Shown piece by piece: positions 13,985-26,872 of a stretch of 64,000 nt of DNA (its first letter is position 1; each line of letters starts with the position of its first letter). A program made the position numbers and the translations under genes. Source of the stretch: Eledone cirrhosa (taxonomy: Eukaryota). The notes beneath the pieces were generated by a model. The model was given only the letters and a program-made list of their open reading frames with translations, was not told where the DNA came from and searched no databases. Where the stretch lies: positions 49,538,001 through 49,602,000 of the forward strand of contig OZ024742.1 of NCBI GenBank assembly GCA_964016885.1, written 5' to 3'.

Positions 13985-14210
13985 CCCCTGCATGTTGGAG
14001 AGCATTCTCTCAAATTGTACAGGTATATATCATTGTGTTAGCAATAGTGCTGGTCTCTGTATTATTGGAGAGTGTTCTCCCACTTTCTTTAGGCATATAT
14101 CATTGTGGTAGTGTTGGTGGTGGTCAGGATTTTATTGGAGTGTGTTCTTTCACAGTGTCCATGCATATATCATTGTGGTAGCAATGGTGGCAGTCAGTGT
14201 ATTATTCTTA
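13985..14210. repeat. Degenerate tandem repeat, about 70 bp x3, just upstream of the first Ig exon
   Basis: ATATATCATTGTG.TAG..T.GTG recurs at about 14025, 14095 and 14165. Confidence 0.75.
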
Positions 14211-14294
14211 GTTTTACTAATGAAAAATAAATAAAAAGAATAATGTTATTCTTCAGATGTCTAATATATTTTGTTCTGTCTGTTTGTTTTGTAG

Positions 14295-14419
14295 GAACTA
14301 GCACTCGGCGTCGTCGAATCTCCGATGTATACTTCACTCACACACCAAGCAATGTCACAAGTTATGTAGGACAAACAACTGTACTTAAGTGTAATGTGAA
14401 AAACTTACGAGGAAAACAA
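14295..14419 (+). CDS. Internal coding exon, N-terminal part of an Ig domain (Dpr/Zig-8/lachesin-like IgSF protein)
   Basis: Acceptor ttgtttttgtAG (14293-14294) and donor GTAAGT at 14420. Translates (G)TSTRRRRISDVYFTHTPSNVTSYVGQTTVLKCNVKNLRGKQ, with the Ig A-B strand pattern F..P.NVT...G....L.C.V. Phase 1 in, phase 0 out. Confidence 0.9.
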
Positions 14420-16602
14420 GTAAGTAGTATTCTATCTTACAGATAACACATTTGAATTCACAACAAATTTCGTTTTCACTGAGGTTCTTGTGACCATAAG
14501 ATCATTAACTTTAGACATAGTCTATCTAGGACTACATTTTCCAAGTTCTGTTATTTTTAAGATTCTGGTGTTGGTTTGAAGGAGACTTAGCTGGTATTTA
14601 TAGCAAAAATTCTAGCTCATTCTTGGTGTTTGAAATATGTTGCTGCTTTGGGGTTTTGCTCAAAGTCTGCCTTGATCATGCTTGTACACTCTGTTTTAGC
14701 TTGGTTTCTACGTCTGGAATGTCCCCGATATAAAACTTGAATAGATGGATTATAGCAAGACATCTGCTTGTTGCCAGACTGTTGCTGATGTAATGAACAT
14801 ATTATTCCATATATGACCATTGGCCCTCCTGTCTTTTATTTAGACATAGTTTATCTCGGACTACATTTTGCAGCTAATTCTAATAGGTAGATTGATTGCA
14901 TAGAAGCCCCTTTTTTGGCCTAAGAAGCTCTGTCCTACTAAGATGATTTGACCTTGTAATAATTATTGTAAATTATTGATATTTTGATGATGCTAATACA
15001 AAAAAGGGGAGATTATTTTGACTAAATACTAATATTTTAATTTCCTTGAAAGGGAGATTTGAACTGTGTACTCTGAGTCTACAACAACGCCCACATCATC
15101 CTTCTAGCATTTCACTCATGTATTATCGCAACACTCTATCTCTCTTTCAATGATTTGCAATCTTAAACACCCCTATCAGATTCTGCTCTGAATCCATTCA
15201 CTCTCTAAACATCCTTTATATTTTATGGAGAAATGTGTAAAAGGTCCATTGTAAGAGTTGTAGTTGCCAACAAGAAAGACAATCAAAGGCAAGCAGAAAT
15301 ATTCTTGGATATGTATATAAAAACAACTCCCTCATCATCACCGTTTTATGTGTATTTTACCTGCTTGCATGTGTTAGACAGATTGTTAAATGCTGAGGTT
15401 AGACCAGGCATGTGACCAAATCATGCTTGTGCACTCTGTTTTAGCTTAGTTTCTACGTCTGGAACATCCTCGATATGAAACTTGAATGGGTACATTACAG
15501 CAAGGAATTTGCTTGTTGCCAGACTGTTGCTGATATAATAAACATATTAAAGACTTAACAAACTTAAAATCTATGATTTTTTAAATATTTTTTTCCATAC
15601 AACCATTGGTTTTATGTGTCTCCAAAGATTGCCTGTTTAATTATTTTCAGCCAATTATATTTGGACGTCTATATCAAAGTCACTCTATAATTATTTACTG
15701 TTTAAATCTGACATGGAAACTAATCATTTTAATCTCAGCCAGGCTTTTGCGATGAAAAGAGCAAAATCATAATTAAAATTATAATTTTCTAATGGGTATC
15801 AAACTTTATGGTTTGATGGCTTTGAATTTCATTTTAAAAAATGAAATACAAAATTTATAAAATATTTCTTACCCCTTTTCTTGATGATGTTTTTGTTAAA
15901 TTACCTTTTGGACCAATATAATTTACATCAGAATAAGACAGAAATGTGCAGTTACTCAATAAATATGCTTGGCATTTTTAATTCTTTTCCTGTTTCTTTA
16001 GTAAACCTTTCTGTTTTGTACTAGAATAATAGAACAGATCTGCCTCTAAATAACGTCTATCTTTATCCTTCACTATAACTAACGTTTCTAATAATCTCAA
16101 CGTTCTTAGTTCACTCAGCACTACCTCATTACAAGAATTCTTTATGAAATATCCCATTACTTCTGAGAGTACGAAAGCACTGAATACTTTGTTTTCTTAG
16201 GATGATTGATGAGAGAAAATGATGAAGTGGTTTCTCTTAGCCTCTTTTGGACTCATGGGAGAATGTTATCTTCTTACTTCATAACACTTGACAAGGATAT
16301 AGTGCTCTTGATACCTAGAGCAGTGAATTGCATATTCTTGTGATACCTATATATTAATAAAGTAGTCAATGACAGATGTGATTTATGGACAAAATGAAAG
16401 GAAAAGGTACATTCAAGAAACAAACCCAGATTTCTTTCTTTTTACATTTTACACAGTTGGTGAACTGAAATGAATAACATATATTTTGCAGCGAATGAAT
16501 CTGTTCTGATCACAATGAAATGTAGGACCAGGGCTTAACTCAAACTCTTGTACCATAAAGTGAAAAAGAGTCAAATCTCAATGCACATAAGATATCCCCT
16601 CT

Positions 16603-16655
<53 letters not shown>

Positions 16656-16700
16656 TTCACAAACACACACTCTCGTTCTCTCTCTCTCTATATATATATA

Positions 16701-17155
16701 GTAAGACTTGGGATAAGGTGATAAAAGCTGACCTTGCCCAATTGCAGCTGTCAAAGGACCTAGATATCTGGTGATATGCAGTAATACAGAAGACCCAACT
16801 TTCCACGCACACAGACCGAAACAGAAGCTTATATACAATATGCCCCAACCCACCCTCCTACTGTAAAGTGCCATGACAAAAAGCGCCCAGCCTACATTGT
16901 GGTTAGTAGGTGTCATGACAAAAAGCACCCAGACCACACTGTAAAGTGGTCATGTAGGTGTTATGACAAAAATCACCCGGTAATCACTGCAAATTAGGTA
17001 GGTGTTAGGAAGGTCATCCAGCTGTAGAAACCAAGCCAAAATCAGTTCTGTATGAGCAAGGCATGGTCACCTGACCTAGCATTGCTCACAACAGGACAAC
17101 CTGTCTAGATAATGCTACCGTGGAAGAATGGATGTAAAACAGTGATGATGATGAT
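16701..17155 (+). mobile_element. 3' fragment of a further RTE family with tandem 3' UTR modules
   Basis: Encodes KTWDKVIKADL...YAVIQKT (RTE C-terminus), then repeated GGTGTCATGACAAAAAGCACCCAG units, the GTTAGGAAGGtCATCCAGC motif and (GAT)n. Confidence 0.8.
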
Positions 17156-20100
17156 ATATATATATATACACATATGTGTACTCTGTAAAATTATGTATCA
17201 TTAGCTTGCAGTAAATTTTAGAACATTGTTTTTATAAGTACTAATATTTAGGATGTATAGGTTTCTAAATTTGGATAGATATTTCCATTTGTTACCATAT
17301 TTCTAATGAAAGACTGCAGATGGTTTTCAATAATCAAGAATTTGGAGAGATTTAAGAATGTAACTAATTTTTTCATTATCTATTTGGTGGCTTTAACATA
17401 CTTTAACAAAGGTTTTTACATTAAATTACAATGGAAGGGTTTTGAATAAATACAAATGCTTTAAAATAAACAGCCTTTGTATTGTAGAACAATGGGCAAT
17501 TTTAGGTAGTTTAGTATGAAAAGGTTTAAAGATAAATTTAACTTAACTGATCAAACTACAGTACAAGTACACCAGAGTAGGGAAACAGTATGTTGTCTAG
17601 CTTGAAGTTGATTATTGTTAAGCTACTACCAGATTGTTTTAGCCCAGCACTTTATGCAATATTTCTGCTTCTTTATTTGACTAATGAGCAAATAAACTGG
17701 AGCTTTAATTCACACTCTGGTCTCAATTATTGCATATTTTATGGGGAACAGTTCTTCCAATGCATTCACCCAAGTAACCATCAAAATTCTTCTCCTTCTG
17801 CATGAAGTCCAATTTGAAATCATCAATTGCTATAATAGTGGCAGCCTATTTATCGTTCCAATTGCTTATTTCTATACACTACGAATAAGAAGGTTTACAA
17901 CATCATTAGCTATTACTATAGAGCTGCCTGTTAATAAGTCAAATTGTGGTTGTGCTAACAAACCATAATATAGCAATGGTTTAGAAAAATATTTATTTTT
18001 TCATTCTGGAATTTTTTTCCTGTTACACTACTTCAAATGATATTGACTTCAGAAATAATATAAATCTTTACAGATATTGATAGTAAAAACAAAAGTTGCA
18101 GAAAGGTCATTTTGTTTTGTTTTGCTATTCTGTTTGATTTTGAAAACTAGTCTTCACCATGGTAAAATGTTTTGTTATTGATTTAACTATTTATTCAATA
18201 CAATATAACATGTTGCATATAATGAAAGATAAAAACATCAAAATCAATAAATTAATTTTATTTTCATTTAACTTTTATATTTATTTTTATTCAATTGAAA
18301 TAGAGGGAAAAGAACTTGGTAGTTTGCAACAAATAAAATCTTTCTTTTCTTTTTATCCCCCCCCCCCTCCCTCTCTACCTACTGCTCTCTCTCTAAAAAT
18401 GAACAGGAAAATTAAAAAAATATTGTTTTGAAAAATCAAAGTAAAAATACTTCCAAATAAATAAGTAACTAAGCAGAAATGAATAAATTAATTAAATAAA
18501 CTGCATTACATTGTAATTTTCAGTGAGAATATGTGTGATATTCATTGTGTGATAAATGGTCCTCTGTATAAGAATAGAAAGTCACCGTGACACTGGCAAT
18601 GTCACACATTTTCCTTTGCTTTCTTCTTTCTTCTCAATTTTCTGTGTATACTGATCAATATATTTAGGAAATGGTATCTGTGTATGATTGATTCACCATT
18701 AGCAGATACCCTATGACACACCATTGTCTAAGTTGTTGTTGATTAGCTCTAGGTCAGCCCTGACCTAACAAAGGTGTTCCAGTCACATCTATCTCATATT
18801 TTATTTTACCAGAGAGAACATAACCAAATGTTTTCTTTATTTAATTATGATAGTAGAGGATGATTTGAATGAGATTTGGTTGCTATTTCTAGATGATCGT
18901 TCATTGGCTCACCTATAGACTAGCTATATATACAAGCTACACACGTGCAAGGCCTGGGTCATAATATCACTTGTAAGAATTTTAATACAAGGAGAACTAC
19001 TTCATCTAAGAGATGACTTCATTTGTTCTTTCATAAAACTTAACTGGCAATGGATAAATTTAATTTAATAATTTGTGACATGAATTTAACAAACTCTGAT
19101 TATTTCATATTGATGATACTAATGAAGTAGAAATGGCAATTAATATTCATATATCACAATAAAACCATAAAACTAATATTCAGGGGAAACAAATTTAATA
19201 TGGCTATCCTTAGATATTGTAGTATTATCAACATTGTAGAATCTCTATCAAGTTCTTTCCTTTGCAAAAGAAATGAGAACAGCCAATAAAAGCAAGGCTT
19301 GTAATGCAATGAATTTTGACCAACATTACATGGAATATTTCATTATTTGTATAGAAATGTCTGTGACCAGACAGCTCATAAGATGGCTCAAGAAATCTTA
19401 ACCTTAATATACCTGGAATATGTGTGTGTGTGGGGGTGGGTGTGGCTCAGACCCCCCTCCCTTTGTGGGTTTATTTTTGCATAACTTTTGAACGAGAGCA
19501 GATGTTTCTCTGATATTTGCTAACTTTACTTAAACTTTTTCTTGTAAAATGCCCTTTGCCATGGAAACAGCAGGAGTTGATGATATTTCTTTGATTTGTC
19601 TTGTTACAAATCTGATTATACGCCCTTTGTATCCAACATCATCAGAAAATATGATGACGTCAGCAAAACCTGGGGAGTAATATCAATTTGGTTTCTTATT
19701 TAGACACAAGGCTAGCAAACTTGAAGGAAAGGCAAAGTTGACTAAATCAACCAAAGTATTTTACTGGTACTTTATTTTATCAAGCCCCAGAAGCATGAAA
19801 TGCAAAGTTAACCTTCGTAGGATTTGAACTTAAAATTTAAAGTGCAAGAAAAAGTACTAAAATGACATTTTATCCAACATTCTACCAATTTGAAACTAGA
19901 AAGTATAGACCTATATCAAAATGTCACAAAGTATTTCATCCAACACACTAATGAGATTGGGGCTCAATCTATCAACTCTCTCTTTCACCAATTACTGGCC
20001 TTGTGGATAAATTAGAAACTATTAAGAACAGTAACTATCACATATCACCTCATAATTAGGAGTGAACTTTGGAGTTGTTAGATGGATGTTAGACATGTAA

Positions 20101-20991
20101 GAAATAGCAACCAAACTTCCCTTAAATCACAACATTAAAGAGGAAAGAGATAGTGGATAATATAGTCCTAGATTCATTCAGTCATTGATTAGAGCTGACT
20201 TGGAGCTAAATATCAACAGCTTCAACAACAACAATGATTACAAAAATATCATTAGCATACATTTACATAAAGTAAGTTACTGCATGAATTAAAACAAAAT
20301 TGAATCATATTTTAGTAGAACTCACCAGAGATACTTTAAGCTGTGTATTATATAACCAATTGGTTATATATATGAAATATAACCTAATCAATAATCAATA
20401 ATTTTGGTAGACATTTCTGTCTCCAAATTCTGCCAAAGCATAAATAAGAATTTCCATGGAAAAAAAATTCAAATAAATCAGTCATTGCATACACTGTCTG
20501 CTATGAAAATCAAATGAATTCCAATTATAAAACTGATGAAAGATATCTAAGGAGGGTAATTAAAGAAAAATCTACTGAACACCGACTTCAGTGATAAATA
20601 GTAATATAACTACAATCTACAGCTTCTTCTTTCAATTAATATCAAATATATTGGCATCAGAAACTGAATATTTGAAAATAAAACACAGAGTAACTCCATA
20701 GTTTATTACTAACACACATCAGAAGTTACGATTGGCAATAACAACATCAACAACAAGTCAATGAGAAAAATGTATGCATGGTCCTTCAATCTGCTAAAAA
20801 TAGCAACCAGCCTTCCTATCACATTTTATCATATGAAAACTTAAAGAATCATTATATAATGTAATCCTGGATACATTTTGTCATATCTAGAATACCTTTT
20901 GTCATAGGTCTGCTCAATAAAGTCTGATCAGAGGCTAAGCTGAGAATAGAATGTGAAACAACTAGATATATGTGTTTTATAACAAAGTGAC

Positions 20992-21325
20992 AGGTGCAGC
21001 CATGGCTGTGTGATTGAAGAGATCACTTCACGAGCACAAGTTTTTGGGTTCACTCCCACTGTGTAGTATCTTGGGAAAGTGTCTTCTACTTTCTCTTCAA
21101 GTTTGACCAGTGCTTCGTGAGAAAAATTTGGTAGACAGAATCTGCAGAAGCCCATCATAAATATGAGCCTGTTTCATAATTTAGCAGTTTGATAACGAAA
21201 GGTCAATAAAGTAATTACCAGACATGAATGTACTGGTGTTGATATGATTGATAAAATCCCGTTAAAGTGGCGCTCCAACATGGCTCCTGTCAAATGACTA
21301 AAACCGATAAAGAATAGAAGAATAG
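20992..21325 (+). mobile_element. Second tRNA-derived SINE family (CORE-like), diverged
   Basis: TGGCTGTGTGATT A-box, GGTTCACTCCC B-box, CTTGGGAAAGTGTCTT segment. Related pieces near 1010-1150, 39275-39440 and 52700-52835. Confidence 0.6.
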
Positions 21326-21799
21326 GAATACAATTCTATGTTTCTAAATTTATTTAATTTAATTCATTTACAAACCCAGGCAATGCTGCCTGTAATGCAA
21401 GTGAAAAGAAGATAGTCAAATGCTGGGATTCGACCAGCCACTTCTTCCTTATGCTGGTCACTATCAATATATCTAGAGTCTTTGATCCCAAAACTGTCAT
21501 TTTTCTCTGCAAAATTGGTAGGAGTGCATCTTGCCTGGGAAAAGAAACCTCATAAGGTGCAGTGGCTGATGAAGTAGGTGTTGCAGTCTGCTATCTGCAG
21601 AAATAGCCTTTGTCCTTTTGTCCATGCTATACAGCTGTGAAATACCATCTAGACTGCGGTGTATTGTTTGCTGCTCCCAAAATTATATAATTTAACTGAA
21701 ATTTAAATAAAATCTTGTGCAAGTAAAATTTATTTATCAAATGTGTATTGTATATTTTTGATTCACCATTTTTATTTCTCTTTTTTAAATGGTGTTTAG

Positions 21800-22010
21800 G
21801 TAACATGGCGGAAACTACCAGCTACAAATCCATTAACAATTGGGACTTTTGTGTTTGACCCCGATCCTAAATTTAAAGTGCGTGAAGACAATAAACATGA
21901 AAAATGGGATCTAATAATTGAAAATGTGGAAAAAAAAGATGCAGGAACCTATGAATGCCAAATTCCTACAATTACAAAAATAGCTGTTCAAGTGAATCTA
22001 ACAGTGTTAG
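21800..22010 (+). CDS. Internal coding exon, C-terminal part of the same Ig domain (absent from the ORF track)
   Basis: Acceptor tttAG (21798-21799) and donor GTGAGT at 22011; 211 nt. Translates VTWRKLPATNPLTIGTFVFDPDPKFKVREDNKHEKWDLIIENVEKKDAGTYECQIPTITKIAVQVNLTVL, containing the core Trp, W.L.I..V and DAGTYEC motifs. Phase 0 matches the previous exon. Confidence 0.93.
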
Positions 22011-22044
22011 GTGAGTAGACTGAATAAGATGTATTATTTCTTAC

Positions 22045-22236
22045 ATTTCTTGTTTCTACTTTTGGCACAAGGCCAACAATTACCCAGTGTATTACTGGTA
22101 CTTTATTTCATCGACCCCGTAAGGATGAAAGGCAAAGTTAACCTTGGTGGGATTTGAACTCAGATCATAAAGGGACCTAACTCTATGCTTCAAAGCATGG
22201 TGTCCGACTCTCTACTGATACTGCCTATCCACCGCA
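22045..22236 (-). mobile_element. tRNA-derived SINE with Meta-like core
   Basis: Reverse complement of the adjacent + copy; B-box GTTCAAATCC; core CTTTGCCTTTCATCCTTACGGGGTCGAT. Confidence 0.85.
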
Positions 22237-22428
22237 GGCGGTGGATTGGCAGTATCGGTAGAGGGTCGGACGACATGCTTTGATGCATAGAATTATGGCC
22301 CTTGCCATTCTGAGTTCAAATCTCGCCGAGGTTAACTTTGCCTTTCATCCTTACGGGGTCGATAAAATAAAGTACCAGTAATGCACTGAGTAATTGCTGG
22401 CCTTGTGCCAAATGTAAAACAATTATTT
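22237..22428 (+). mobile_element. tRNA-derived SINE with Meta-like core
   Basis: GGCGGTGGATTGGCAGTATCGGTAGAG (A-box), GAGTTCAAATC (B-box), TTTGCCTTTCATCCTTACGGGGTCGATAAAATAAAGTACCAG, AT-rich end. Confidence 0.88.
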
Positions 22429-22989
22429 CTTACTTTTCTTGATTCTTAATGTTTGTTTACCAGATATACTTCAAAATCCTTCTTCTATCATGTATTCTGC
22501 CTATACTAATAAATTTGATTGTTAATTGTTTATGAGTACACTGGATTGTCAGGCGTGTTAGAGCATCAGACAAATGTGTAGCAGTATTTAGTTGGGATCT
22601 GAACGTTCTGAGTTCAAGTTCTACTAAGGTCAACTTTGCTTTTCATCCTTCAAGCATCAATCAAACAAAGTACCAGTCTGGATGTAAACTTTCCTCCAAA
22701 TTGCTAATATTAGAAATATTTCATTTTTTTAAATTCAGATTCCTTTTTTTAAAATCTGAAACGTTTTTCAATTAGCGGAACATATGAGCTAGACATGGTC
22801 ACCTAACCCGTCTAGCCTAACAAGGTTACAACCCTTATAATCCATGTGAATGTTAAACAGTGGGTATGATGATGATGATGAATATAGTGCCTTTTTATTT
22901 TAATTATCAAAGTAATCTATAATTATGAAAGGTTTAGTAAACTAACTTTTAAATCTATAGTAAAACACATATTTAACTACTGTAATTTA

Positions 22990-23178
22990 ATAATTGTTTC
23001 TATTTTTGGCACAAAGCCAGCAATTACCCAGTACATTACTGGTACTTTATTTTATCCCGTAAGGATGAAAGGGAGAGTTAACCTTGGCGGGATTTGAACT
23101 CAGAATGGCAAGGGCCGTAACTGTATGCGTCAAAGCATGGCGTCCGACCCTCTACCGATACTGCCAATCCACCGCCCT
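22990..23178 (-). mobile_element. Same SINE family
   Basis: Full-length reverse-complement match. Confidence 0.85.
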
Positions 23179-25069
23179 CAATCTACTGTAATCTAATAAT
23201 GTAATAATTAGATTTTAGTCAAAGATTTACCTCTAAAATTGAGCACTTTAACATTTATCATCTTGTACCACAGGAAACTACAGTAGCAAGTACAAAAGAG
23301 TATCATGACTGCATCTCATTTAAATACAGCAAATGTTCACAACCTGTCAACTAGCAAAGATGCTATAAACATTTGAATAAACAAGCCTGGATACTAAGTG
23401 TTAATAGAGCTGGTTTTGATATGGATTGATGTATAAAGGGTTAATGTTAAAGCTGGCTCTTTTTTGTCCATTTTAAATAGGCTGAATAAGCTACAACAGT
23501 ATTCATTGTATATTGACTGAATTCAAGTGTTTGATCAATGGCATTGCTACAGGAAAAATATTGCCTCTTGGTTATTGAGAATATTATGTGACATCTAATA
23601 TGATATAGCTGTTGTCAACATAATGCCTCTAGAGATTGGAAAAATACTTCAAGAGATGAAAACATTGAGAAAGTGATATAAAAATCTTTGAAAAAAATGA
23701 AAAATAAACTAAGATTGTTGACAGATGTTTTGAAAATATTTCAGTTGAAGCCAGGAAAACATTACTTCATTAGAATTATTAAAGTTTACTACTTACAATT
23801 CCGATTTCATATTTTAATTATCTTCCCAGGGAAACTATGCTGTTTAGTTTTATTAATATTTTACTGTATGTATAGAGATAATTCTCTCTGCTTCCTTGGA
23901 AAAAATCAGCTATGTTCAGACCTACAGAGTAGAATAGCTCAGGCAGGTTTAATTGCTCAAGATAAGCTGTATATCACTACAGTTACCTCTCACACCCACA
24001 CATATAATAATAATTATTTAATGTATAAAGAAACGTGTAATAATTCTGATATTCATTTATTGGATTTTATTTAACATACTGTGGCACAACCTTGACAAAT
24101 ATATAGCCAATTATATTGAATCCAATAACTCTTTCATTGCCTGCTATCTGTCTTATCATCCTTCACATGATTAAAATCACAGTTGACAATGACAGAATTT
24201 AAATTCAGAACATAAAGTTATTTAATTGAATACTGTAAATTATTTTTTTCTAATGCTCTATCAATTCTATAACCCCTATTACCATCATCATTAATATCAT
24301 CAATTGGTTCATCACCATTTAGCTAGAGATATCTTGTTCATATTATAAACATACTCTCTTAAGGTTTAGTTGACTTAAAGATAGGTGGTAAATATTCAAA
24401 GGATATTTGGCTGTTGCATTACCAAATCTAGTTACAACACAGTAGTGTCTATTAATAGTTTATAGAAATAAAGCTGTATTTCTTTAGTTGCTATTTCATA
24501 GAATCTGCTTTTTCTCATTTGTAATCAACATGATTTGGTAGAAATGCACGAAGATGACACAAAACAACCAAATAAAATTGAGAAACATCAAAAGAGCTTA
24601 ATGAGAGAAAAATAATCTATGTAAACAATGGCTGAATATATATCTTGTGATAAGGAAATCATTTACTGCTATCAAATAGAATGTCTATTACTGATATAGA
24701 ACCACAAAAGAAAATTAGATAAATATAAGAAGCAATAGACATAATGTTAGCCTAACCGGATCAGTGAGGGTAACACTGCCATTAGTTTAATATGGGGGAT
24801 TTTAATGAAATATAAAAAATTAATGTCCTAAAATATGCATGTCATTGGACTCTGGAAAGTATCTTAAGAGTCTGTCCCCAGGATCCTCCAAGAATTAAGT
24901 GGAAGACGGAGAAGAAGAAGAGGAGGAAGAAGTAGAAGATCAGTGGCATAGTAGTTAAGAGAGTTACTATCATTAACTAGAATTAAATATTCTTCCTTTG
25001 ATTCTACTTTGGTAATATAGGCATATCCAGTAATATATCCGCAGCAGAAGCATTTGATATTTCATCATC

Positions 25070-25260
25070 GAATTGGCAGTATTGGTAGAGGGTCGGACGC
25101 CATGCTTTGACGCATAGAGTTACGGCCCTTGCCATTCTGAGATCAAATCCTGTCGAGGTTAACTTTGCCTTTCATCCTAATGGGGGTTGATAAAATAAAG
25201 TACCAGTAATACACTGGGATAATTGCTGGCCTTGTGCTTATTGTAGAAACAAGTATTTAA
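25070..25260 (+). mobile_element. Same SINE family
   Basis: Full-length match. Older or partial copies lie near 13705-13865, 19690-19900, 22545-22715, 36070-36190, 46245-46440, 48952-49065, 53440-53660 and 58170-58530. Confidence 0.85.
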
Positions 25261-26035
25261 TGATATATCACAAGAGTAAAGGTTCATGTAATGAAAAATT
25301 GAATGAAATTAATGTATGATATCAAATTCCATAATTTACTTTAGACACATCTTTTTATCTAAACTATAATAAAGGAATGTCTGCGGGATTGCGTACGGTT
25401 TATTTATTTTTTTTATCCCTTTTGTAAAATAAGTTGGATTAAATTGAATAAATAATGAATGAATATTACATACTAAATTTCGTTATTCTTGATTAAATAT
25501 AAATAATTTTGTCGCTTATTTTAAGATTCACTACTTTAAAAATTTCAAATATCAACACTTCCGGTTAGCGATCGCTTAAATAAACAGTCATATGTTTCCG
25601 TCAGTGGATTACGTTACTGATTACATAAGACAGTATAATGCCGTCTTCGTTCAATTTCTGTGTATATTGTCAATTACGATTTTATTTGATGAATCATATC
25701 TACATGTATATATATACTTGCGTATAATATCAATATGCACACTACACAGACTAGCAGAAAACTACACGAAGGGTGATTTTTCTGCTAGTATTAATAATAT
25801 AACTTGAGCAAGGATCTTCACCATCTTTATTTCGCAATTCTTGTATTTTTTCCTCTCATTCTTGTAGTATAAAATGTCTTAACTTTTTCATCATGGATAT
25901 TCAAACATTATATATATGTATATATATATATCCCTATGTGGTTGATGGCTGAGAGAAAAGACTACTGAATACGGAAAATAGAGTTTTAATATTCATTTTA
26001 TTAATGCTAAATAGTGACTCTTGTTATTTTGATTT

Positions 26036-26487
26036 ATGTGTGATGTGGAGCCGAAGTTTCGAATTTGAACGAAATCGGTTGAAAAATGTGGGAGCTAGAG
26101 TCGAAAAAGTGGAAATTTGAATCTAAAAATGTTACTTTTGAATATTTAAGCGGCTTCCACGCCGTCCCTGAACATCAAATGCAAAATATAAAGCGATTAC
26201 AGGATGTGCAATGATAAATTCTATTTTGCTTTAAAATTTTAACGTAATCGGTGGCAAAATGTGGGATCTAGAGCCAAAATCTTATTTTTCGATACTTAAA
26301 AAAAGGTGACCCCCTATCGATTTTTAACTGCAGAATGACCCCGGAATTAAAAAAAAAACGATACACTCCCCGATGACTAATCTATGAGTCTGTAAAGTTT
26401 CATGAAAATCGGTCGTAAGATGTAGGCCTCTATAGGTAACACACAGACACACACACATACACATACTTAATTTTATATATATACAGA
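26036..26487 (-). mobile_element. Non-autonomous Helitron-like fragment
   Basis: Minus strand begins A|TCTGTATATATATAAAA followed by a (TG) tract and three repeated CCGATTTTCATGAAACTTT-like motifs, as typical of non-autonomous invertebrate Helitrons. No 3' CTAG end found. Confidence 0.55.
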
Positions 26488-26526
26488 TATATATATATAT
26501 ATATATATATATTTAATATAGAAAAT

Positions 26527-26575
26527 CTTCTACAGGACTAGAACTGTTTCATTCGTGAGAAATCATCAGGAAGCT
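26527..26575 (-). ncRNA. Type I hammerhead ribozyme motif (Penelope-type)
   Basis: CUUC-CUGAUGA-uUUC ucac GAAu-GAA-ACAG uucuaguc CUGU-A-GAAG: canonical core, stems I-III, GUA cleavage triplet. Confidence 0.75.
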
Positions 26576-26620
26576 CTAATGATTTCTCACGAATGAAACA
26601 GTTCTAGTCCTGTAGAAGCT
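26571..26620 (+). ncRNA. Inverted copy of the hammerhead motif, core mutated (CUAAUGA)
   Basis: Same sequence as the minus-strand copy but with G5A; followed by an AT-rich tail running to (TA)n at about 26703. Confidence 0.6.
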
Positions 26621-26872
26621 TTTCTATATTAAACATTTATACTCTACTTTGTATTAAGTACCTTACTAACTGTCGTTATCCCCGATTGAACCCGGGAAAA
26701 CTTATATATATACATATATATGTATATATATGATAAATAAGAAAACTTCAAAATAAGACTTACTATTTAGCTTTAATAAAATAAATATTAAAACTTTATT
26801 TTCCGTATTGAGTAGTCTTTTCTCGCTCTATATATATACAAAGAAACAGTGAGCTGTGTGGTTACTTAATAA

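Larger units (their letters stand above)
25950..26828. repeat. Inverted pair of about 80-bp AT-rich tails (25950-26030 and 26745-26828)
   Basis: GAGAAAAGACTACTGAATACGGAAAATAGAGTTTTAATATT versus AATATTAAAACTTTATTTTCCGTATTGAGTAGTCTTTTCTC; both next to (TA)n. Confidence 0.75.

Noticed and set aside
16860-17010. Regularly spaced repeats superficially like a CRISPR array
   Set aside because: The units are contiguous tandem copies without unique spacers, in a eukaryotic LINE 3' UTR, and there are no cas genes.
22237-22330. tRNA gene
   Set aside because: A and B boxes are present but continue into a SINE body found in many copies; no complete cloverleaf.
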